64,000 nucleotides of DNA from Candidatus Enterousia sp. Its GTDB lineage: Bacteria > Pseudomonadota > Alphaproteobacteria > Rs-D84. Shown one piece after another: positions 53,859 through 63,367 of this stretch. Made by a program: the position numbers and the translations under genes. Below the pieces are notes generated by a model. That model did no database searches and was not told where the DNA came from. It saw only the letters and a list, made by a program, of their open reading frames with translations. The first letter of the stretch is position 1, and each line of letters opens with the position of its first letter. The stretch is from assembly GCA_045587125.1 (NCBI GenBank), contig JAZNBN010000016.1, positions 96,728 through 160,727 on the forward strand. The letters run 5' to 3'.

Positions 53859-54041
53859 TTATGCTGCTTTTTTCAACAAATCAGAATGTCTTTGACCAGT
53901 ACTCAGGCTGTTTGCTTCTGTAAATGTTTTACGTTCACAGAATTCAGAATATTTGCCAATATTAAAGTTTGAAACAGGTCTGATAAAACCCATACTGCGT
54001 GAAAAAATTTCGCATGGTGTTCTGTGTGCATTATTTGTCAT
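53859..54041 (-). CDS. Stand-alone glycyl-radical C-terminal module of NrdD (60 aa)
   Basis: SRSMGFIRPVSNFNIGKYSEFCERK matches the RVCGYLG...FN.GK..E...R glycyl-radical motif. Own RBS GGGGAG. In frame with nrdD, 17 codons after its TAA. Confidence 0.7.
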   Translation of the reverse strand: MTNNAHRTPCEIFSRSMGFIRPVSNFNIGKYSEFCERKTFTEANSLSTGQRHSDLLKKAA

Positions 54042-54092
54042 GTTATTCTCCCCTTTCTTTTTCTGATTTGTTATTTTGTTTATTTTTTTTGA

Positions 54093-56126
54093 TTACTCTT
54101 TCGTATCCTGATTTGCGGCATTTTCTGCATCGCATTTTGGACAGAATTCAAATTTACCCGCCAAATATCCATGTTTTGGACATATTGAAAACGTTGGTGT
54201 CAATGTCATATATGGCACTTTATAGTTTTCAAATATTGTGCGGACAATTTTTTGTGCGGCATCACCACTGGATACAGGTTCGCCCATGTACAGGTGCAAC
54301 ATTGTGCCGCCTGTGTATTTGCGTTGTAATTCTTCTTGGTGTTCCAATGCAACAAATGGATCGTCTGTAAAGTTCACAGGCAATTGTGTTGAATTTGTAT
54401 AGTATGGTGCTTCTTTTGTTCCCGCAGTTATAATGTCTGGGAAATTCTTGACGTCTGTTTTTGCAAAACGATAAGAACATCCTTCTGCTGGGGTTGCCTC
54501 CAGGTTATACAAATTGCCTGTTTGTTCTTGGAATGTTGCCAGATTTTCACGGATGAAATCCATAACATCCAAAACCAATTTTTTACCCATTGGTGTAGCG
54601 ATATTTTCACGGTCGCCTGTAAAGTTACGTACCATTTCATTTGCGCCATTTACACCAATTGTTGAAAAGTGATGATTCCAATTACCCAAATAACGTTTGG
54701 TAAATGGATACAGGCCATTTTCCATGTTTTTGGAAATAATTTGACGTTTGATTTCCAATGCATCACGACCCAAATCCAGTAATCTTTTCAGTTCACGGAA
54801 CAAACCTTCACGATTGCCACGGTGGATATAGCCCAATCTGGCCAAGTTAATTGTGATAACGCCGATTGAACCTGTTTTTTCAGCAGATCCAAACAATCCG
54901 CCACCACGTTTTAACAATTCACGTACGTCCAAACGTAATCTGCAACACATAGAACGAACGTCTGTTGGGTTCAGGTCAGAATTCAAGAAATTCTGGAAAT
55001 TTGGAATACCATATTTTGCAGCCAATTCAAACAAAGGCTTTACATTTGGATGTTCCCATGGGAAATCAGGTGTAATATTATATGTTGGAATTGGGAATGT
55101 AAATGGACGACCCAACGCATCACCTTCGGTCATAACCTCTAAAAATGCCTTGTTAATCATATCCATTTCATTTTGCAAATCGCCATATGTGAAATCAGCC
55201 TGTTTTTTACCAATAAATGGACGTTGTGGTTTCAAATCTTCTGGGCATGTCCAGTCAAATGTGAAATTGATAAATGGTGTTTGTGTTCCCCAACGACATG
55301 GTACAGCGCAATTAAATACCAATGTTTGCATTGCATTTTTTACATCTGCGTATGACAAATTATCAACCCTGACGTATGGCGCCAAATATGTATCAACAGA
55401 CGAAAAAGCCTGAGCCCCTGCAAATTCATTTTGTAACGTGCCCAAGAAGTTTACCATATGTGAAATCGCGGTCGCCATATGTTTGGCAGGTTCACATTGT
55501 AAATACCCAGGAACGCCATTAAATCCTTCGTATAACAATTCACGCAAAGACCAACCTGCACAATACCCGGTCAGCCAACCTAAATCATGAACGTGAATTG
55601 CCGCAGTTTTATGTGCCTCTGCCACTGCACGTGGATACAGATTCAGCCAATATTCTGCGGTAACACGTTCGCTGGTACGCAATATCAGACCACCGATGGA
55701 ATATCCGATATTAGCGTTCTCTTTGATACGCCAATTTGAACCACCGACGTAACCTTCTATAATTTCAACCGCATCAACCATAGATTCGCGAATTTCTGTA
55801 CGTTTTTGACGATATATAATATAAGCCTGGGCTGTTTTATATGCACGTGAATCCATCAGTGCACAAACAACTATATCTTGTACATCTTCCACAGTTGGTG
55901 TTTTTTCTGCGAATTTTTCATCCAGTCTTTTTAATACTTCCTGGGTAACCTTAACGATTTCGACATCAGACATTTCTGTTGTGACTGCAACCGCCTTTTT
56001 AACGGCCTCAAAAATCTTTTTAGAATCAAAAGGTACTGTTTCACCACTGCGTTTCTGCACAGCGACCAAACGTGTCTTTAATGTTGGTGTGATTTGAATT
56101 TGTATTTCATTTTGTGTTTCCGACAT
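54093..56126 (-). CDS. nrdD: Anaerobic ribonucleoside-triphosphate reductase, large part lacking the glycyl-radical tail
   Basis: N-terminal ATP-cone (VQKRSGETVPFDSKKI), class III RNR core, C-terminal Zn ribbon CPKH...CPKC, then TAA. Start at the ATG behind AGGGGT. Confidence 0.9.
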   Translation of the reverse strand: MSETQNEIQIQITPTLKTRLVAVQKRSGETVPFDSKKIFEAVKKAVAVTTEMSDVEIVKVTQEVLKRLDEKFAEKTPTVEDVQDIVVCALMDSRAYKTAQAYIIYRQKRTEIRESMVDAVEIIEGYVGGSNWRIKENANIGYSIGGLILRTSERVTAEYWLNLYPRAVAEAHKTAAIHVHDLGWLTGYCAGWSLRELLYEGFNGVPGYLQCEPAKHMATAISHMVNFLGTLQNEFAGAQAFSSVDTYLAPYVRVDNLSYADVKNAMQTLVFNCAVPCRWGTQTPFINFTFDWTCPEDLKPQRPFIGKKQADFTYGDLQNEMDMINKAFLEVMTEGDALGRPFTFPIPTYNITPDFPWEHPNVKPLFELAAKYGIPNFQNFLNSDLNPTDVRSMCCRLRLDVRELLKRGGGLFGSAEKTGSIGVITINLARLGYIHRGNREGLFRELKRLLDLGRDALEIKRQIISKNMENGLYPFTKRYLGNWNHHFSTIGVNGANEMVRNFTGDRENIATPMGKKLVLDVMDFIRENLATFQEQTGNLYNLEATPAEGCSYRFAKTDVKNFPDIITAGTKEAPYYTNSTQLPVNFTDDPFVALEHQEELQRKYTGGTMLHLYMGEPVSSGDAAQKIVRTIFENYKVPYMTLTPTFSICPKHGYLAGKFEFCPKCDAENAANQDTKE

Positions 56127-56152
56127 ATCTATAACCCCTATTTTTTGTAAAA

Positions 56153-56201
56153 ACACAACATATAGTATTATTTTTGTTTGCTTAGTAACAATATATAGTT
56201 T
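56153..56201. promoter_or_regulatory. NrdR box pair 1 upstream of nrdD
   Basis: ACACAACATATAGTAT (56153-56168) and TAACAATATATAGTTT (56186-56201) fit the acaCwAtATaTwGtgt consensus. The boxes start 33 nt apart. Confidence 0.7.
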
Positions 56202-56383
56202 TGTGAATGAACTCGCAACGAACAAAAAAACAAAAAAATGTTTTTTTTCGCTTTACTTTTTAAAAAGCAGATTTTCTGCATGTTACAGCATGAAAACAGA
56301 ATCGGTTGTTTGATACCAATACATGTTTTGTGTCAATAAAATGTGTTTTTTATCACAGGAAATGATTCGTTTTTTACATAAAA

Positions 56384-56431
56384 ACACAAAATATAGTTAT
56401 AAAAACGCGATGCTTTTACTATATGTTGTGT
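56384..56431. promoter_or_regulatory. NrdR box pair 2
   Basis: ACACAAAATATAGTTA (56384-56399) and TTACTATATGTTGTGT (56416-56431), 32 nt apart. Confidence 0.65.
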
Positions 56432-56551
56432 TGAATCGATTCGGGTCGGATTGTATAAATAGGTTGTTTTTCTTACTAAAAACAGGTATATTGTCTATGT
56501 CTGTGTTATAAACACATAGATATAACTTTAACTAAAAACAAGAGTATTATC

Positions 56552-58141
56552 ATGATGATGAAAAATATATATGAAATGCTGCAAGATGTCTGTTCGCGGA
56601 ATAAAGACGGTATTTTCTTTGTCAGACAGAACGAAACATATGCAGATTTGTTAAAAAAAGTAAAGCAACGTGCCGTATTGTTGGCGAAACGCTTTGGAAT
56701 CAAAAAGGGGGATACTGTCGCAATTTTGTCTGGCAATACACCTGATTTCTTGCGTTCTTATTTTGCCATCACATCTCAGGGGGCCAAGGTTTTGATGCTG
56801 GATACAGGATTGCAACCATCTGAACATATCAATATGATGAAACGTACAGATTGCAAACTGACATTGGCGCAAAAGCACTATTTTATAGAAGGTGCCCCAT
56901 CAGAAATGTTTGATATTGAAAACATTGACGATACAGATGAAAAAGATTTTGTGGCTGCGGACGTTGTAAATACAGATATTGCCCAGTTGTCCTTTACATC
57001 TGGTTCAACCGGTAACCCCAAGGTTGTGGGTTTAACTCATAATAACCTGTTATCTTTGGCAGATGGGGCCCAGTTTTATAAAGATGTAATTTTACCGGGA
57101 TACACATTTTATGGATTTTTACCACTTTATCATATATATGGTGTGGTTATAAATATCATTGTGCCGATTGCACTTCAGGGAAAATTGTTATTACAACCGG
57201 TTTTAAAACCCCAAGAATTTATCAAAGACTTTAAACAATATAAACCAGAAGTTATTCCGGCTGTACCCAGAATATGGGAAGTTTTCTATAAGAAAATAGT
57301 TGATACGGCCCGTGATAAACACGTTTGGACATTAATGCGTGTTGTTGTATCACTGCGTAAGGTTTTACGTGCGATTGGATTGGGTGTAATTGTGGACAAG
57401 GTTACAAAACCAGTTCATGATGCATTTGGTGGTAATACCAAAGTTTTGGTATCAGCGGGTGCGACATTAAAACCATCAATTCGTAAATTCTATGAAAAAA
57501 TGGGCTTTGTTGTTGGGGATTGTTATGGTTTGACAGAAACCACAGGACCTGCGAACTTTAACTTTGCATTCCGTCGTGCAAATGGTTCTATGTATTACGC
57601 AGGACCATTGTTGGGTAACGAAATCAAAATTCATAACCCAGATAAAAATGGTGTTGGCGAAATATGGGTCCGTGGTAATATGGTCATGACAGGCTATATT
57701 GATAACGATGAAGCCAATGCCGAGGCTTTTGAAGACGGGTGGTTTAAAACAGGCGATATTGGTTGTCTGGACAAAGTAGGGCGTTTGACCGTCAAAGGTC
57801 GTCAAAAACAGGTTATTGTTTTAGACAGTGGTAAAAATGTTTATCCAGACGAACTGGAAGATCTGTATATGCAAAATGATGAAATATTGAATGCGGCTGT
57901 ATTTGAATATGTTATCAAAGACAAAGTCGTACCTTTTGCAGTATTTCAGGTAAAGCCAGGTACAACCACCGCACGTGTTGCGTTGTTGTTGAAAAAGTCT
58001 AATTTGGCAATTGCACAATACAAATGGGTAAAGCATTTCGCAATTACCGAAGAAGAATTGCCATCAACATCTGCCAAGAAAGTAAAACATTTCGCGGTTC
58101 GTGATATGTTGGACAAAGGTGCGTTTACACGTGGTGAATAA
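56552..58141 (+). CDS. AMP-dependent synthetase/ligase (long-chain acyl-CoA synthetase-like)
   Basis: AMP-binding motif LSFTSGSTGNPKVV, YGLTET, WFKTGDIG, GRQKQ. Confidence 0.85.
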   Translation: MMMKNIYEMLQDVCSRNKDGIFFVRQNETYADLLKKVKQRAVLLAKRFGIKKGDTVAILSGNTPDFLRSYFAITSQGAKVLMLDTGLQPSEHINMMKRTDCKLTLAQKHYFIEGAPSEMFDIENIDDTDEKDFVAADVVNTDIAQLSFTSGSTGNPKVVGLTHNNLLSLADGAQFYKDVILPGYTFYGFLPLYHIYGVVINIIVPIALQGKLLLQPVLKPQEFIKDFKQYKPEVIPAVPRIWEVFYKKIVDTARDKHVWTLMRVVVSLRKVLRAIGLGVIVDKVTKPVHDAFGGNTKVLVSAGATLKPSIRKFYEKMGFVVGDCYGLTETTGPANFNFAFRRANGSMYYAGPLLGNEIKIHNPDKNGVGEIWVRGNMVMTGYIDNDEANAEAFEDGWFKTGDIGCLDKVGRLTVKGRQKQVIVLDSGKNVYPDELEDLYMQNDEILNAAVFEYVIKDKVVPFAVFQVKPGTTTARVALLLKKSNLAIAQYKWVKHFAITEEELPSTSAKKVKHFAVRDMLDKGAFTRGE

Positions 58142-58173
58142 AACTAAATATTTGATATTAGGTTTTTAATCAT

Positions 58174-58205
58174 AAAAAGTGGGGTTGCGGACCCCACTTA
58201 TTTTC
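58174..58205 (+). terminator. Rho-independent terminator
   Basis: AAGTGGGGT-loop-ACCCCACTT followed by a T-rich tract. Confidence 0.65.
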
Positions 58206-58274
58206 CTATAAAAACCTCTTGACAAATAATTTTGCTGTGTTATATTCCTAAGGTTGTAACAAAGGATACAAGAT

Positions 58275-58481
58275 ATGTTTAATATGATAAATGGTGCGGA
58301 TAACATGGAATCTATTGATTCAAAGGTTAATAAATTGTATGACCAGGTTTCTGTTGCAAAAATGCATTACAGAACGCCTGAAAACGCTCAATTTATTGCT
58401 GATATGGAACGCGATATTGATACTTTAATCGAAAAAAAGATGAAGTTATCAATGTGTGCGATTCCTACAATTAGTCGCTAA
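58275..58481 (+). CDS. Small hypothetical protein (68 aa)
   Basis: TTGACA-17-TATATT promoter upstream, terminator downstream, no motif. Confidence 0.45.
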   Translation: MFNMINGADNMESIDSKVNKLYDQVSVAKMHYRTPENAQFIADMERDIDTLIEKKMKLSMCAIPTISR

Positions 58482-58488
58482 AACAATG

Positions 58489-58516
58489 AAAAAAATCCCC
58501 CGATTGGGGGATTTTT
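58489..58516. terminator. Bidirectional terminator
   Basis: AATCCCCC-GATT-GGGGGATT flanked by A and T runs. Confidence 0.8.
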
Positions 58517-59756
58517 ATTTACATATTGCAACATACGGTGATACGGATTTTTCTGTATCTATGGTTCCTGTGCCACAATCCATACAATTAAATCGTCTGT
58601 TTTGGTTATGCAGTGAATCTAATGGAATATCAATATTTTCAAAATCTTTGATTGCGTCTATATATCCCCGATTTGGAAATCCGAAATACAATGCGCGACT
58701 GCTGCCACTGCAATCGGCTATATTTCCGGCATAGCATCGTGGGCTGTCCAACTTAGATGGGTCTGGAACGCAAATTGTTTCGCATGTATCTGGGTCTGTA
58801 ATCATACGTTCACAATCTGTACATGATGTTTGCGGAATACGCAGTGTCGTCCCAGGTGCCGCATATATATTGCCCTGGATAAAAGAATCACATTTTTTTG
58901 AATCTGTTATTGTTGTGGGATCTATGACGCATTCCCATTCCATTGTATTATAATTCAGGCGTGCAATCATTTTATCTGGGCATGTTCTGTCTGGAAAAGG
59001 GCTGATACAATCCCATACACTGTCTATTAAAATAGCGGTTTGATCATTTGCACATAATGGTTTTCTTCTTTCATCTGCCACGCATTCTTGTAAATCAGAA
59101 TCCCAAATTGTATCGCCACCGCAATCTGTCTTGGTGTTTTGCCCGATGCATTGCCAACGTCCAAATCTGTATGTTTTAACGGTGCCAGTGGGGCAATTAA
59201 CATCCGCGGTTACAACGTCAAAGTTAGTCGTTATTATTTGGGGTTTTTCATAATGTGTCAGATATACCAATTGATTATCAACCAATTTTAATTTAGATAT
59301 TATTTCGGCCGGCACAATTCGTTTTGTTGATGTTCCGCCTGAAATAATAGTTTTGTCGTTAAACATGCCAAAAGTGCCAGAATCAGCATAATGTTCTTCC
59401 AATATTTCCATCATTGCATTGTGATTTTGTGGGTCAATTGGTGCGGTATAGGTTACGATATAACTGAATGCGGGCTTTTGACGACCTTCTGCGTTACAAT
59501 CTGTTTGTTTAAATTTCGCGTTCAGACATATAAATTCACTGCCTATGCCATTTTGTTCAATGCATACGTCTTGAAAAGGAACAGAATTAATTTGTGCGTT
59601 ATGCACTGCAACGGCACATTGTGCGATTGCACGCAAATCAGATTGTTCAATTGCATATTCTGTTTCGTGTTTTTGGATACGTTGGCTGGGGCTGTCCATT
59701 AAATAATAGCCCGCCATAAACAGTGCAACTAAAATCATGATAAAAATATTCATCAT
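58515..59756 (-). CDS. Membrane-anchored Cys-rich hypothetical protein
   Basis: N-terminal TM MMNIFIMILVALFMAGYYL. C-terminal half has many spaced Cys residues. Confidence 0.55.
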   Translation of the reverse strand: MMNIFIMILVALFMAGYYLMDSPSQRIQKHETEYAIEQSDLRAIAQCAVAVHNAQINSVPFQDVCIEQNGIGSEFICLNAKFKQTDCNAEGRQKPAFSYIVTYTAPIDPQNHNAMMEILEEHYADSGTFGMFNDKTIISGGTSTKRIVPAEIISKLKLVDNQLVYLTHYEKPQIITTNFDVVTADVNCPTGTVKTYRFGRWQCIGQNTKTDCGGDTIWDSDLQECVADERRKPLCANDQTAILIDSVWDCISPFPDRTCPDKMIARLNYNTMEWECVIDPTTITDSKKCDSFIQGNIYAAPGTTLRIPQTSCTDCERMITDPDTCETICVPDPSKLDSPRCYAGNIADCSGSSRALYFGFPNRGYIDAIKDFENIDIPLDSLHNQNRRFNCMDCGTGTIDTEKSVSPYVAICK

Positions 59757-59825
59757 TCCCTCTTGCGATTTATTAAAAGTCTAGGTAATATAGAAACAAA
59801 TTGCAACAGGAAATCTGGAAAAGAT

Positions 59826-60305
59826 ATGAAAAAAATTATATTTACTTTATTTGTTTTGTTTTTGACTGGATGTGGTTTCAGACCAATGTATTCTGGGACC
59901 AGTACGGATATATACGTAAAACCAATCAGTGGTATCAATGGTATTGATTTGCGTAACGCGTTGTGGGCAAAGTTTGGTGGTCAACACAGTGCAGATGCAA
60001 AATATACACTGGTTGTTGATCTGGATGAACCCATTACTCAGTACAAAGCGTTGGAACAAACTGGTGATGCCACATGGCAAGAGGTGTCTTTGGTCGCCAA
60101 GTATTCATTGTTCTATGGCGATAAACAGATTGCCAGTGGTACCGAACGTGTTGCAGAATCATATACGTTTGTATCTTATTTGGTGGCGTCAAATGCGTCT
60201 TATAATAATGCTGTACAAAATGCCATACGTGTATTATCCGAAGAAATTGGTGCACGTGCAATTGCGGAAACATATAAATATGAAAACGAAAGTGCAGATA
60301 AATAA
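59826..60305 (+). CDS. lptE: LPS-assembly lipoprotein LptE
   Basis: Lipobox FLTGCGFRPMY, size and position directly upstream of holA. Confidence 0.75.
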   Translation: MKKIIFTLFVLFLTGCGFRPMYSGTSTDIYVKPISGINGIDLRNALWAKFGGQHSADAKYTLVVDLDEPITQYKALEQTGDATWQEVSLVAKYSLFYGDKQIASGTERVAESYTFVSYLVASNASYNNAVQNAIRVLSEEIGARAIAETYKYENESADK

Positions 60306-61294
60306 TGAAATGGAAAGATGCAGATTTTAAAAGCGGAATTGATAAAGTTCGTGCAGTCTTGATTTTTGGACCGGACGCAGGGCAGGTTGATGAATACTGT
60401 GATTTGGCAATTGAAAAACTGGGAATTGAAAAAGATAATTTATTTGCGCTGGATTCTGATGATTTAAATGAAAAGCAAGATGCTTTGTTCGCAGAAAGTT
60501 GCAGTCCATCAATGTTTGGTGGTCGTAAAATGGTTTTAATATCCAATGCAGGCGATTCTTCTGCTAAGCAAATTAATGATTTGGTATCACACCCTGGATT
60601 ATGCGCCACTGTTATTGTAACGGGGGGTGATTTGCGTACTGGTGGTGGATTGCGTTCTTTGTTTGAAGGTTCGGATGATATGGCGGCTTTGGGTTGCTAT
60701 ACAGACGATGCACGTACATTGGCAACGTTAATCAGAAATGAATTATCTGCATCTGCGGGGATTATGCAAATAACACCAGATGCAATGGAATATATGACAT
60801 CTCATTTGGGTGGGGACCGTGGTATTACGCGTGGTTTTTTGGCAAAAATTGCATTATATGTTAATGACAAAAGAATTGTTGAATTGTCTGATGTTGAAAA
60901 ATGCTTGCCTGATACGGGGGCGGCGGACATGGACGATTTTTTATATTCTTTGACGGCCGGACATATCCAGCAAACAATGACCGCTTTGGACAGATTATTA
61001 TATGATAACAAAGAACCAAATATGTTAATACGTATGTTGGATATTCATTTTAAAAAATTACAAACGGCGGTTGTAGAAGGTCAATTACCCAGACTGTTTT
61101 GGAAAGTAGAAGATAAATTTAAACAAGCAATGAAAATATGGCCTGAATCAGAAATAACGGCTGTATTGGTACGGTTAAATGAATTGGAACGCCAATTGCG
61201 TACCAAGGGTATGCCCGCTGAGATTTTATTGCGTGATTTCGCATTAAAATTATCTGTTCGTGCTGCCAGATTTGCAATCAGACGGAGGAATTAA
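60305..61294 (+). CDS. holA: DNA polymerase III delta subunit
   Basis: VLIFGPDAG...SMFGGRKMVLI N-terminal pattern, ~330 aa, lptE-holA synteny. Confidence 0.75.
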   Translation: MKWKDADFKSGIDKVRAVLIFGPDAGQVDEYCDLAIEKLGIEKDNLFALDSDDLNEKQDALFAESCSPSMFGGRKMVLISNAGDSSAKQINDLVSHPGLCATVIVTGGDLRTGGGLRSLFEGSDDMAALGCYTDDARTLATLIRNELSASAGIMQITPDAMEYMTSHLGGDRGITRGFLAKIALYVNDKRIVELSDVEKCLPDTGAADMDDFLYSLTAGHIQQTMTALDRLLYDNKEPNMLIRMLDIHFKKLQTAVVEGQLPRLFWKVEDKFKQAMKIWPESEITAVLVRLNELERQLRTKGMPAEILLRDFALKLSVRAARFAIRRRN

Positions 61295-61298
61295 AGTT

Positions 61299-62060
61299 AT
61301 GCTAGCATCTGTTTATGCCCCAAAAGATTTTAAAAGATTACGTGCCGCAGGTGATATTGTCGCCAGATGTTTTGATTTTATATCTCCACATATCAAAGCA
61401 GGCATTTCAACAGGCGAAATAGACAGAATGGTTGCCCAGTTTTTAAAAGAAAACGGCGCACGTTCGTCTGATTTGGGGTACCAAGGATATCCAAAAAATA
61501 TTTGCACATCTGTAAATGATGTTATTGTGCATGGAATCCCCAGTGATGACGTTGTTTTAAAAGACGGTGATATTGTAAACGTAGATTTAACTGCCGAATA
61601 CAAAGGATTTCATGGTGATGCATCACGCATGTTCATGATTGGTAATGTGTCATCTCAGGCACGTAAATTAGTTAATGTATGCCAAGATGCATTGAACGCT
61701 GCAATATCCATTTGTGCCCCCGGTGTCCCATTGTCTGAAATTGGAAAAACAATAGAAGCGGTTGTAAATCCACATGGTTTTTCTATATCACGTGATTTTG
61801 TTGGTCATGGCATTGGTAAAGTAATGCACGATGACCCGCAAATATATCATTTTTATGATCGCCGTTGGGACAAGGTAAAAATGGTCCCAGGTTTGGTCTT
61901 TACAATTGAACCGATGATAAATACGGGATCTGCTGAATGTAAAATAGACCCAGATGGTTGGACTGCACGTACTGTTGATGGTGGATTGTCTGCCCAGTGG
62001 GAACATACGATTGGTATTACCGAAGATGGTGCAATTATTTTCACAGAAAAAATGATTTAG
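61299..62060 (+). CDS. map: Methionine aminopeptidase type I
   Basis: VHGIP, D(I/V)V..D metal ligands, GHGIG, EPM..., WEHT. Confidence 0.93.
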   Translation: MLASVYAPKDFKRLRAAGDIVARCFDFISPHIKAGISTGEIDRMVAQFLKENGARSSDLGYQGYPKNICTSVNDVIVHGIPSDDVVLKDGDIVNVDLTAEYKGFHGDASRMFMIGNVSSQARKLVNVCQDALNAAISICAPGVPLSEIGKTIEAVVNPHGFSISRDFVGHGIGKVMHDDPQIYHFYDRRWDKVKMVPGLVFTIEPMINTGSAECKIDPDGWTARTVDGGLSAQWEHTIGITEDGAIIFTEKMI

Positions 62061-62067
62061 GTAAATT

Positions 62068-62769
62068 ATGGCAGATAAAGACTTGTTATTTCATAATGGT
62101 CATCGTGAACGTCTAAGGGAAAAATTATTGGACGATAAATTGACCAGTTATGAAAAACTTGAATTACTGTTAACCTATGCGATTCCCAGACGTGATGTGC
62201 GACCACTGGCACGTCGTTTGATACAAAAGTTTTTAAGTGTGTATCACATATTCACTGCACCAATGGAAGACCTGCTTAGTGTACCCGGTGTTGGTAAAAG
62301 TACAGCATTATTGATAAAGCTTGTACATGAATTAATGTTGGTATCGTACAGAGAAAGATTGGCAGACGGTGTTATATTAGAAGACCCATTTGTTATTCAA
62401 GAATATTGCAGACAATTATTAATCGGCCAGAAAACAGAAGAGGTTCATGTGTTGTATTTGGGACCGCACAAGCGTTTAATTCATAGTGAACAACACAGTC
62501 ATGGTGATTTTACTAAATCTGGCATTATACCGGGTGCAATTGGTCGTACTGCGGTGCATAATCATGCGGTAAGTGTTATTATTGTACATAATCATCCATT
62601 GTCGGATAATGATTTTTCACAAGATGATATAGACGCAACAACTATGGTTGAACAAGTTTTGAAACCACTTGGGATTGATTTGTATGATCATTACTTGGTC
62701 AAATCTATTGGTTCTGTTGTCTCTTTACGTGAAACAGTTTGGATGCATAAATCTTTATTTAACAAATAA
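62068..62769 (+). CDS. radC: RadC-family JAB-domain protein
   Basis: HhH region LLSVPGVGKSTA and JAMM-like HNHPLSD motif. Confidence 0.85.
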   Translation: MADKDLLFHNGHRERLREKLLDDKLTSYEKLELLLTYAIPRRDVRPLARRLIQKFLSVYHIFTAPMEDLLSVPGVGKSTALLIKLVHELMLVSYRERLADGVILEDPFVIQEYCRQLLIGQKTEEVHVLYLGPHKRLIHSEQHSHGDFTKSGIIPGAIGRTAVHNHAVSVIIVHNHPLSDNDFSQDDIDATTMVEQVLKPLGIDLYDHYLVKSIGSVVSLRETVWMHKSLFNK

Positions 62770-63363
62770 TTCCGTAACGTCGCATACACTGGATAACTTT
62801 TTTGATTCAACCATAACCATTTTATTGTTTATTAATTCGTATGTTGTCTGGGTTGCCATACTGGGGGTTAACCAAGATTCTATCCATGGTCTGGATATTT
62901 TTATTACCTGAAATTTTGGTTTAAAAATAAATTTCAATTTTTGTAATGCGCATTCTGCGCCATTTATTGTTCTGAAATCATCGGTTGTTATGGTGCGAAA
63001 TCTATTATTTTCATTTATTTCAATTGTATATTCGTCCCAAAAATGTGCTGTTCCATTTTCATGACGTATGCGTGTTATTTTATCATCTTGACCATCAGAA
63101 TTTATATCAAATGAAAAAGTTTCTATTCTGGTTACACCTGTGCCTGTTTCGTCGGGTTTATAGCCTATTTTATCTTTGGTTTCCCCCAGTCCATCATTAA
63201 ATATTATGGCACGATTTTTTTGTTTTTGTGTTATATTTACGGCTGCGGTTCCAAATGTTTGCACATCGTTTTTGTTTTTATGTATCAGACCGTATCCAAC
63301 AAACACTGACACCACTATGCCTAACATAATTAAAACAGTTATTGTATTGCCGCGAATTTTCAT
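62755..63363 (-). CDS. Membrane-anchored hypothetical protein
   Basis: N-terminal TM ITVLIMLGIVVSVFVGYGLI, no motif. Confidence 0.5.
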   Translation of the reverse strand: MKIRGNTITVLIMLGIVVSVFVGYGLIHKNKNDVQTFGTAAVNITQKQKNRAIIFNDGLGETKDKIGYKPDETGTGVTRIETFSFDINSDGQDDKITRIRHENGTAHFWDEYTIEINENNRFRTITTDDFRTINGAECALQKLKFIFKPKFQVIKISRPWIESWLTPSMATQTTYELINNKMVMVESKKLSSVCDVTELFVK

Positions 63364-63367
63364 TGTA

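Noticed and set aside
54042-54095. Selenocysteine or programmed frameshift explanation for the nrdD interruption
   Set aside because: The stop is TAA, not TGA, and the two parts are in the same frame, so no frameshift is needed. The downstream ORF has its own GGGGAG RBS and ATG. Sequencing error or low-level read-through cannot be excluded from sequence alone.
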